Below, piece by piece: positions 56,628-64,000 of a DNA stretch of 64,000 bases. Position 1 is the first letter of the stretch; each line of letters opens with the position of its first letter. The notes beneath the pieces are model-generated. The model did not search any database and was not told the DNA's origin. It saw only the letters and a program-made list of their open reading frames with translations. Location of the stretch: assembly GCA_963663165.1 (NCBI GenBank), contig OY760175.1:736001-800000 (forward strand), given 5' to 3'. Source of the stretch: an uncultured Desulfospira sp. GTDB lineage: Bacteria > Desulfobacterota > Desulfobacteria > Desulfobacterales > Desulfobacteraceae. Position numbers and translations under genes: made by a program.

Positions 56628-57737
56628 GTGGCTCTTAACAAACGTATGAAAGATTATCTGGAACCAAGGACCTATGCCCACATTGATGCCTTGTATGCAT
56701 TAAAACACCATCTGCCCCACCCGCCGGTTGAGGTTGAAATCTCGCCGACCTCCAGCTGCAACCAGAAATGCCGTTACTGCTATACATACAACCGGGACGG
56801 CAAGGCCACCCTTGAAAAAGATCATTATATTGATATTGTCCGCCAGGCGGCCGATTACGGGGTCAAATCCCTTCTGATCCAGGGGACCGGCGAACCCCTG
56901 GTCAACAAGTGGACCCCGGATGCCATTGAAGCGGCCGCCGCAAGGGGGCTTGACATTACCCTGTCCAGCAACGGGGCCCTTTTTGTTCCCGAAATTCAGG
57001 ATCGGGTCCTGGAAAAACTGTTTTATATCAGATTCAGTGTGATGGATTCAGACCCGGCCCGGTATGCCGTTGACCATGGCTGCGACCAGTCCCAGTGGCA
57101 TGATGTGGTCAGCAATATATCCTATGCGGCAAATTTAAGGGATAAAAACGACCTTGATGTTGTGTTGTGGTCCAGTCTCTATGCCAGTGAAGATAACTTA
57201 GGGAACATTGTACCCATCACCGGGTTTCTCAAAAACCTCGGGCTTGATTATATTTATATTTATGAGCCGGCCTATACCGAATTTTCTCCTGACGGCAGAT
57301 CAGAGTTTATTTCCAATCAGATCACCGCAGAAAAAGTTGAACAGATGCGAAAGGAATGCGAAAGCCTTATGGATGAAAATTTTCACGTATTTGTCTTTCG
57401 CAAAACCGGAACCACTTATTTTTCAGAAAATAACCGGCTTGGCAACTGGAAGAAAAATAACTGCACCGGCATTGACCTGTTCACCAGCATTTCAGCAACA
57501 TCCCATGTATACTCCTGCTGGCGGTTCTGGGGAAAAACAGATTACAGTTACGGAAATCTCAAGGAACAGACCTTCAAAGAGATCTGGGAAGGAGAAAAAC
57601 GGCAGAAAATCAGAGAATACATTTTTAAAACCCCGCCTGAGGATGATGGTTGTGTGGTCTGCGGCCACTGCAACATAAGCCAGTTTATTGCCAATGTTCT
57701 GACAACCAAAAACAAATGGAAAAATATTTTATACTGA
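56628..57737 (+). CDS. Radical SAM/SPASM domain protein
   Basis: CNQKCRYC, GTGEP, SNG; C-terminal C..VYSC..GNL....F.EIW..CVVC..C. Confidence 0.9.
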   Translation: MALNKRMKDYLEPRTYAHIDALYALKHHLPHPPVEVEISPTSSCNQKCRYCYTYNRDGKATLEKDHYIDIVRQAADYGVKSLLIQGTGEPLVNKWTPDAIEAAAARGLDITLSSNGALFVPEIQDRVLEKLFYIRFSVMDSDPARYAVDHGCDQSQWHDVVSNISYAANLRDKNDLDVVLWSSLYASEDNLGNIVPITGFLKNLGLDYIYIYEPAYTEFSPDGRSEFISNQITAEKVEQMRKECESLMDENFHVFVFRKTGTTYFSENNRLGNWKKNNCTGIDLFTSISATSHVYSCWRFWGKTDYSYGNLKEQTFKEIWEGEKRQKIREYIFKTPPEDDGCVVCGHCNISQFIANVLTTKNKWKNILY

Positions 57738-57765
57738 TTCAATCCCAATAGAATCGGCAGTCATC

Positions 57766-58962
57766 ATGCTTGATATAAAGACCGGCATAAAACTTTTAAG
57801 ACCCTGTGTGGTATGCGGCACAGATCACGGCATACAGCTTGGCCAGCTGGATTTTGCCATTTATGATTCGTTCAGTATCGGTAAAAATACCCGGGTTGTA
57901 TGCTGCTGTGAATGCGGTGCTGTTTTTTATGAAACCCATTCAACACAAAAAGATTACCTTGCTTACTATGAAGCCTATGAGTTTAACCATACCTGCTCAT
58001 CACCCGGCACCGGCAGCTGCCTTGAACAGGACACCGCCCGCTTTGAAACGATTTTCAAGCTGATTTCACCCCTGAATATGCCCCCGGATGCGGCGATTGC
58101 CGATATTGGATGTGCCAGAGGCGGGCTTTTAAAAACACTGTTCAACCATGGATACACCAACCTTACGGGCATTGACCCCCTTGCGGCCAACTTGACATTT
58201 CCAAAAGAATACGCCCCTATTTCAACCGTTACCGGGAACGCCTCAAAAATCCCGTTTGAAGACAGCCGCTTTGATTTGATATGTTTAACCCATACACTTG
58301 AGCACCTCTTTTCGCCGAAAACCTCCCTTTCCGAAATTTACAGAGCCCTTAAGCCCGGCGGTCACCTGTTTATCGAAGTGCCCAACGCGTCGGCATATCC
58401 GGGTTTTCCTCAAGCGCCTTTATGGAACTTTCTTTACGAACATATCAATCATTTTGATGCCGCAGCCTTAATTAACCTGACCCGTGCCTGCGGTTTTTCT
58501 GCAAAGTCCGTTCACACATCCGATCTGGTGCAGAACCAAAACAAGGATGAATCCCTTTACGGGGTGTTTAAAAAAGAGCCCGTACAAAATGGGCAGCTGA
58601 CCCCCGACTTTTCACTGGCCAAAAAGCTTGAAGGCCTTTTTAAACCGCCTGATACCATCACCTGCTTTCTCAATGAATATTCAAACACAAAAAAGACGCT
58701 CCATGCCTGGGGATTATCGTCATACATGCTGTATCTGCTGGAAACTTACTTGTATCCGAACTTTTCATCAATTAAACTCTACGACAAAGACCCGTATAAA
58801 CAGACCTTGACCATTCACAGCCAAAAAATTTCAGACCCTGAGAATTTAAAGCGGCTGTCCCCCCGAACAGATATTGTCGTCATCACCACAACCCCCTACA
58901 TAGACAAGATGAAAAATTATTTTGGGTTACTTAATACGGGTCTGCCGTTATCCATACTTTAA
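57766..58962 (+). CDS. Class I SAM-dependent methyltransferase (same architecture as 55436)
   Basis: PCVVC..CCECG, DIGCARG, HTLEHL, IEVPN, EHINHF. Confidence 0.85.
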   Translation: MLDIKTGIKLLRPCVVCGTDHGIQLGQLDFAIYDSFSIGKNTRVVCCCECGAVFYETHSTQKDYLAYYEAYEFNHTCSSPGTGSCLEQDTARFETIFKLISPLNMPPDAAIADIGCARGGLLKTLFNHGYTNLTGIDPLAANLTFPKEYAPISTVTGNASKIPFEDSRFDLICLTHTLEHLFSPKTSLSEIYRALKPGGHLFIEVPNASAYPGFPQAPLWNFLYEHINHFDAAALINLTRACGFSAKSVHTSDLVQNQNKDESLYGVFKKEPVQNGQLTPDFSLAKKLEGLFKPPDTITCFLNEYSNTKKTLHAWGLSSYMLYLLETYLYPNFSSIKLYDKDPYKQTLTIHSQKISDPENLKRLSPRTDIVVITTTPYIDKMKNYFGLLNTGLPLSIL

Positions 58963-58989
58963 GCTTTCAAAAACCATAAGGAGCCACCA

Positions 58990-59727
58990 TTGGACGAAAT
59001 AAAAAAATTTGAAGAACAAGTAAAACAGAACCTGATCAAACTTGGACATGACAAAGAGCTGCACGAGATCACCAAACAGTGGGTCATTCAAAGCAGCAAA
59101 GACAATTATGTCTATAATTTTAAATGGATGGGCAGGCCCGTGATTCAATTTCCCCAGGATATGGTTGCCATGCAGGAAATCATATGGGAGGTAAAACCGG
59201 ACCTGATTATCGAAACCGGTATTGCCCACGGCGGTTCTTTGATCATGAATGCCGGGTACATGGAAATGATGGGAATAACCAGCGGGCAGGTGCTTGGTAT
59301 CGATATTGACATCCGTGAACACAACCGCAGACAGATTCAAGAGCATCCGATGTATAAACGGATTACAATGTTTGAAGGGTCTTCCGTTTCAGATGATATT
59401 GCCCGAAAGGTAAAGGATTTTTCCCGCAGCTTTGACAAAATACTGGTCAGCCTCGACTCAAACCACAGCCACCAGCATGTGTTAAAAGAGCTTGAAATTT
59501 ATTCAGACCTTGTATCACCGGGCAGTTACTGTGTTGTCTGCGACACATCCATAGATGATTATCCGCAAATTCCTTTAGGCGACCGGCCATGGGGCGCCGG
59601 GGACAATCCCAAAACAGCAGTGGATGAATTTCTTAAACGCAATGATTCATTTGTTCTGGATAAAGACATTAAAAATAAACTGGTTATCTCATGTTCCGGG
59701 AATGGCTATTTAAAGCGGATTAAATAG
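58990..59727 (+). CDS. CmcI (cephalosporin hydroxylase-like)/rhamnosyl O-methyltransferase family protein
   Basis: WMGRPVIQFPQD, QEIIWEVKPDLIIETGIAHGGS, LDSNH, GDNPKTAV. Confidence 0.9.
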   Translation: MDEIKKFEEQVKQNLIKLGHDKELHEITKQWVIQSSKDNYVYNFKWMGRPVIQFPQDMVAMQEIIWEVKPDLIIETGIAHGGSLIMNAGYMEMMGITSGQVLGIDIDIREHNRRQIQEHPMYKRITMFEGSSVSDDIARKVKDFSRSFDKILVSLDSNHSHQHVLKELEIYSDLVSPGSYCVVCDTSIDDYPQIPLGDRPWGAGDNPKTAVDEFLKRNDSFVLDKDIKNKLVISCSGNGYLKRIK

Positions 59728-59815
59728 TTTTCTTTAAAAACACAAATGCTGCGGGCAGACATTAAAATTTCCAACCGTCTGTAATGTTTAAAAAAAATAA
59801 TTTGCAGGAAGATAA

Positions 59816-60805
59816 ATGGCTAAAAAGGAAATAGTTTGGATTAACCGGAAAGAACGATCCGTTTTAAAAGATATTTTACCCCTTGAAGAACCTTTATCCA
59901 TCATCATAGAGCCCATAAATTTATGTAATTTTAAATGTACCTATTGCACACTGCCCCAGGATCAAAAAAACAAAATTAACCGGGGCCGGATGCCATTGGA
60001 CGTTTTTAATAAAATCGCTGCCGAGGCAAAGACCTTTAAAAAGAAATTAAAAACCATAAATTTTTCGGGTTTTGGAGAGCCGCTGATGCATACGGATCTT
60101 TCAAAGATGGTGCGCTTAGCCAAAGAGATTGCCCAGGAAACCGTTGTAATCACCAATGGGTCATTACTGACGAAAGAAAAAAGTGATGAATTGATCGCAT
60201 CAGGATTGGACACCATCAGAATATCCCTTCAAGGCGTCATCGCAGACCAGTGTTATCAAACTTGCGGCGTACGCATAAACATGGAAAAATTTGCGGCAAA
60301 CATCAAATATTTTTATGACAACAAACGTCAATGCATGGTTTATATCAAGGTCCCGGACCTTGCATTGGAAGAAAAAAGCCACGAGAAAATTTGCCATCAG
60401 ATATTTGATCCCATTTGTGACAGCCTGACAATCCAGCCCATTGCCCCTTTATTTGAAAGCGTGGATTATTCAAAAATAAAGAACAAATTTGACAAAAGCC
60501 TGTTGAACCAGCCCCTTTTGGAAACCGTCACGGTCTGCCCCCAGCCCTTTTACAACCTTCAAATATATGCCGACGGCGGCATCCAGCCCTGTTGCGCGCC
60601 AACCAAGCTTGTGATCGGAAATATTAATCAGACAGGCATGCTGGATGTCTGGAACGGCAGTCCCCTGAAAAAAATAAGACAGCTTCATCTTAAAGGTGAA
60701 AAGAGCCGTATCAAAGCCTGTAAAACCTGTGCCTATCCAAGATACGTCAACAATGCATACGATAACCTTGATGCGGCCGCCCCGGAACTGCTTTTAAAAT
60801 ATTGA
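59816..60805 (+). CDS. Radical SAM/SPASM domain protein
   Basis: CNFKCTYC, GFGEP, TNG; CPQPF..DG.IQPCC..IGNI..W..CKTC. Confidence 0.9.
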   Translation: MAKKEIVWINRKERSVLKDILPLEEPLSIIIEPINLCNFKCTYCTLPQDQKNKINRGRMPLDVFNKIAAEAKTFKKKLKTINFSGFGEPLMHTDLSKMVRLAKEIAQETVVITNGSLLTKEKSDELIASGLDTIRISLQGVIADQCYQTCGVRINMEKFAANIKYFYDNKRQCMVYIKVPDLALEEKSHEKICHQIFDPICDSLTIQPIAPLFESVDYSKIKNKFDKSLLNQPLLETVTVCPQPFYNLQIYADGGIQPCCAPTKLVIGNINQTGMLDVWNGSPLKKIRQLHLKGEKSRIKACKTCAYPRYVNNAYDNLDAAAPELLLKY

Positions 60806-60927
60806 AGGCAGACCGGAGAACGAAAAGCCAAATTTGGTTATCGGTATCTTGCCTTTAATCATCCCATCGCTCTAAACAATTTGTAACTATTCAGCTAATG
60901 ATAGAAAATAAGCAGACATTAGGGGCC

Positions 60928-61035
60928 GTAACTATTCATCAGTGCTTCATATTTGTTTAGTCAGGTCTTCGTAGCATACTTTTGCTATGTGAGAAGGCCT
61001 GAATGAGCGAAGATGGGGCACTGCTGAATAGTTAC
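60928..61035 (+). repeat. 108-bp imperfect palindrome with GTAACTATTCA/TGAATAGTTAC ends; extra half-end at 60883
   Basis: GTAACTATTCATCAGTGCTTCAT..TCAGGTCTTC / GAAGGCCTGA..ATGGGGCACTGCTGAATAGTTAC, between convergent genes. Confidence 0.75.
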
Positions 61036-61158
61036 AACAATTTAAGCAAGAGCAAAAAAAAACAGGCGGGACGGAAGAACAGGGTATGCCCCGTTAACAC
61101 CCGGCAAAATCAAAATTGGTTTCAAGTTTCGTTCAACTTTAAATTTAACCGATTCTAT

Positions 61159-61204
61159 TAAAATTAAGCAGGCTGATCCGGTAAAATTAAGCAGGCTGAT
61201 CCGG
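61159..61204. repeat. Exact 23-bp tandem duplication across a stop codon
   Basis: TAAAATTAAGCAGGCTGATCCGG twice (61159-61181 and 61182-61204). Confidence 0.9.
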
Positions 61205-62065
61205 CATATCTGTTGGCCCCGGCGGACATTGCCCAAGGCAGTGATTAAGCTTTTTCCGGTCTCCCCAGAATGCCATTGGCTCATGATCGGGATAGGGATA
61301 GTGCCCGAGATTGAGTTGAATCTGCCAGTGGTTTGCTTTAATCCACCCCTCAACCAGTTTCCGGACAGAAACAGGCTGCCCAGAACAGATATTCACACGG
61401 CCCATGTCTTTGAATCCCAGCGCCAGGGAGACAATATATCCGGCCGCTTCTGTCACCGGCAGGTAATCGCGCAGCTGTTCTCCGCCGGACATATTAAATA
61501 TCTTTTCTTTTTGTTCAATGGCCCGGTACAGCTGGGGAAAAAGAGAATTTGAGGCCTGCCCGTCACCGTAAAGGTAAAAGAGCCTTCCCCATACCAGGGA
61601 AAAGGGCGTTTTGGTTTTCAAATACATCAACTGCTTATGCAAGGCATCTTTGGCAAACCCGTAAGGATTTTTGGGACAAGACGGCATGTTCTCGCTTAAC
61701 GGCCCTGACTGCATACCATACTCAAAACAGGTACCGGCAACAAACAGATGGCCAAGGCCTGAGGCGATTAAATTTTTTAAAAAATCATACTGCATGGGCA
61801 ATTGTTCTTCAAAGTGATGGAGGGATTTATAATGGGGCAGTCCGTCCCATGCCAGGTGGATCAGTGCATTTGGACGCCCTAACCGGTCAAAAAGATCAAT
61901 GCCGGAATCGGTTAAATCAAACCGGTGCGTTTTAATTTTCGGCAACCGGGGGACATTCGAAAGCGATTGCCTTGAAATACCTATAATATCAACAGGATAC
62001 CTTGAAAGTTCGGCAATCACATGCCTTCCTATAAAACCGGTTGCCCCGGTGACGGCAATTTTCAT
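61187..62065 (-). CDS. NAD-dependent epimerase/reductase (extended SDR, NDP-4-ketosugar reductase-like)
   Basis: TGATGFIG, HLAW, GTCFEYG, YGFAK, RLFYLYG, GEQLRDY, NICSG. Confidence 0.9.
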   Translation of the reverse strand: MKIAVTGATGFIGRHVIAELSRYPVDIIGISRQSLSNVPRLPKIKTHRFDLTDSGIDLFDRLGRPNALIHLAWDGLPHYKSLHHFEEQLPMQYDFLKNLIASGLGHLFVAGTCFEYGMQSGPLSENMPSCPKNPYGFAKDALHKQLMYLKTKTPFSLVWGRLFYLYGDGQASNSLFPQLYRAIEQKEKIFNMSGGEQLRDYLPVTEAAGYIVSLALGFKDMGRVNICSGQPVSVRKLVEGWIKANHWQIQLNLGHYPYPDHEPMAFWGDRKKLNHCLGQCPPGPTDMPDQPA

Positions 62066-63414
62066 AAGCTGGTGTAATCCTTTTTTCCGGCATTGGCCAT
62101 GGCATCACTCCATAAGGCCAGAACCGGATCATCCGGGAAAAAATACCGGTAATGGTGGACACTGCCCTTGGTGGCTGCCTGAAAGCTTGGAAGATTTCCC
62201 AGCAACGCAATTTTTTCAAGCCATCGGGCCTTTCCATCAGCTGTTCTGGTTCTGCTGTACGACCAGAACAAATCTGCGTATCCCCCAAGGGACTCAAGAA
62301 AAATATCCCTGGCCGTTATTTTGGAGAAGGACAGATGATGCGGCCATTTTTTAACGGCCTTGCCGCTTTTTAAAAGCGTTTCAAAAACCTTTCCCCAATC
62401 CTGGTTCAGCTTATCCAGCGTAAATGTGCGTTTGGCGTATTGCTGTGCTTTTTGGGACAACTCAATTCTTAATTGAGGGTCATGGTACAGTTTTTCAATG
62501 GCCTTTACATACCCGGGTTCATCCTGGGCAATAAGCCCTGTCTTATGGTTTTGGACGATATAGGCTTCCATCGGGTTTTGCAGGACAACGGGCACCACAC
62601 CGGCTGCCATACTCTCGGCCAGTACCTGGTCGCAGGTCCCATAGTGGTAAGGGGCAAGGGGATAGCCCAGCACATCAAACTTTGACAGATACGGGACAAT
62701 ATCATCCACATGGCCGGTAAAGGTCATCTTTTGATTTAATTTTTTTTCCGATGCCGCCTGGCTGATCTGCCCGTGGCTTGGTCCGCCGCAGACAAAAAAA
62801 TGAACATCCGGAATGTCAATTCTGGCGCAAAGGTCTAAAAAACCAGGGTGCAGTTTGCAATAATCCACCGTGCCGATATATCCCACATTAAACCGGTCAT
62901 GGGGAACCGGGGATACCGCCGCAACATGGCCGACCCCGGCCGTGGACCAGACCGATGTGATCCGGTCCGGGTCTTTAACATCAATATTCAAGAATGACTC
63001 AGCCTTGTAACTGACCGGTGTGGTGAACACAAATATATCCGGGTAATTTAATATTTTTTCAGTAAATACATTAGGGGGATGAAAACCGGATATATGGCTC
63101 CAGAAGGCCAGGCGGCAGGGCGGCAGATCATTTCGCACCAGAAAATCAAACAGCAGCGGGTGATTCCACCAATGGACAAGGACAATGTCCGCATCGGCCA
63201 CCATGGATTTGAGCCCGGGAATATCCCAGGCCATCTTTTCCTTTAAAACAAACGAATACGCGGCCGCCTCATTTTTTGCCTGGCCATTGGCATAATCCAG
63301 GCACGCGGTTTCATGGAAAAACGAGGAATCTTTCTTTACAAATTTCAGGTAGTTGAGCAAAACCCGGCCCACGCCGCCGCCCAGATGGGGGGTGATATGC
63401 AGTATCCGGATCAT
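62062..63414 (-). CDS. Glycosyltransferase, GT4-like
   Basis: ILHITPHLGGGVG, GYIG, FTGHVDDI..YL..FDV, LAESMAAGVVPV, TGLI. Confidence 0.88.
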   Translation of the reverse strand: MIRILHITPHLGGGVGRVLLNYLKFVKKDSSFFHETACLDYANGQAKNEAAAYSFVLKEKMAWDIPGLKSMVADADIVLVHWWNHPLLFDFLVRNDLPPCRLAFWSHISGFHPPNVFTEKILNYPDIFVFTTPVSYKAESFLNIDVKDPDRITSVWSTAGVGHVAAVSPVPHDRFNVGYIGTVDYCKLHPGFLDLCARIDIPDVHFFVCGGPSHGQISQAASEKKLNQKMTFTGHVDDIVPYLSKFDVLGYPLAPYHYGTCDQVLAESMAAGVVPVVLQNPMEAYIVQNHKTGLIAQDEPGYVKAIEKLYHDPQLRIELSQKAQQYAKRTFTLDKLNQDWGKVFETLLKSGKAVKKWPHHLSFSKITARDIFLESLGGYADLFWSYSRTRTADGKARWLEKIALLGNLPSFQAATKGSVHHYRYFFPDDPVLALWSDAMANAGKKDYTSL

Positions 63415-64000
63415 GATGCCGGACCTGAAAAGGAACTTTCCCCGGATTTTTGGTAAATAATCTCTTTTGCCATCTGACCCTCAAACTGCCCTTCCTTTAC
63501 CCGTTCCATTTTAGCAAGGCAATAGGCTTTACCAAGATGAAGCCCCTCATGATTTGTAACAAATGCACTGGTGCGCTGGAACCGGTTATACAAAATCTGG
63601 GCGTATTCCTTATCCAGAAGGTGCTGCACATTTTTATCCGGATGGGGCGCAGGGCTTCCGTTCCATGTTTCCATAAAGCGGCCCTCTCTGGCCAGGGATA
63701 CTGCCCGGTCGATCTCAAAAGTCAAATTTTTCCCATATCGCCTGGCATATTCGCTGTAGGTGGCCTTAATTAAACGGACAATGCTCTCTTGGGGCAAACC
63801 AGACTCTAGCAGATCCAGGATATGCTGCTGGATACTTTCACTAACCGGCATGGAAACCCCGCTGAGCATATAATTGGCGGAGCATCTTCTTTCCCTGTTG
63901 GCCAACAGTTCCTGCCAGCTTTCCGCCCGGCTGCCCCGCCGCCGGATAAACAATACTTCAGGGATTTGGATAATTTTCCCGCGAAAGACAATATTGGCCA
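63411..64000 (-). CDS. C-terminal part of a gene starting outside the window, possibly a GT2 glycosyltransferase
   Basis: The frame stays open past the ORF-track start (63953) to the window edge: ANIVFRGKIIQIPEVLFIRRRG resembles the distal GT2 strand. The stop overlaps the GT4 ATG (ATGA). Confidence 0.55.
   Translation of the reverse strand, partial: ANIVFRGKIIQIPEVLFIRRRGSRAESWQELLANRERRCSANYMLSGVSMPVSESIQQHILDLLESGLPQESIVRLIKATYSEYARRYGKNLTFEIDRAVSLAREGRFMETWNGSPAPHPDKNVQHLLDKEYAQILYNRFQRTSAFVTNHEGLHLGKAYCLAKMERVKEGQFEGQMAKEIIYQKSGESSFSGPAS

Noticed and set aside
58990..59727. Beta-lactam (cephamycin) biosynthesis
   Set aside because: CmcI-family proteins are common in sugar-modification clusters, and no ACV synthetase or IPNS genes are present.
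51597..60805. RiPP cluster suggested by three SPASM enzymes
   Set aside because: No precursor peptide, PqqD/RRE domain, protease or exporter seen; all neighbours are sugar-nucleotide or methyltransferase genes.

Overview
Bacterial chromosomal window. Gene content and style (DHH-CBS tRNA nucleotidyltransferase, lpxI, CGGC and NifX-like genes, pilC-pilS) suggest a Desulfobacterota/deltaproteobacterial organism; this is an inference. Most of it is housekeeping: fabH, pgi, xseAB-ispA-dxs-tlyA, an EF-G paralogue, purC, pheA-aroE-aroA-aroK-aroC, lysS-lolCD-bamA-skp-lpxDAIB, pilC-pilS, trpS, argJ. From about 51.6 kb there is an AT-richer sugar-nucleotide/glycan-tailoring cluster with three radical SAM/SPASM enzymes. 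The two strongest signals are non-coding and absent from the ORF track. (1) A complete class-I cobalamin riboswitch with its own promoter and intrinsic terminator lies directly upstream of an Flp pilin and prepilin peptidase (start of a probable Tad locus running off the left edge), suggesting a B12-repressed pilus. (2) An unannotated 23-aa Phe/Tyr/Trp-rich leader peptide with antiterminator and terminator hairpins lies upstream of pheA and four shikimate-pathway genes. Intergenic spaces also carry several repeat families: 7-bp-periodic hairpins, a ~125-bp TIR-bounded element in 3-4 copies, and REP-like palindromes.
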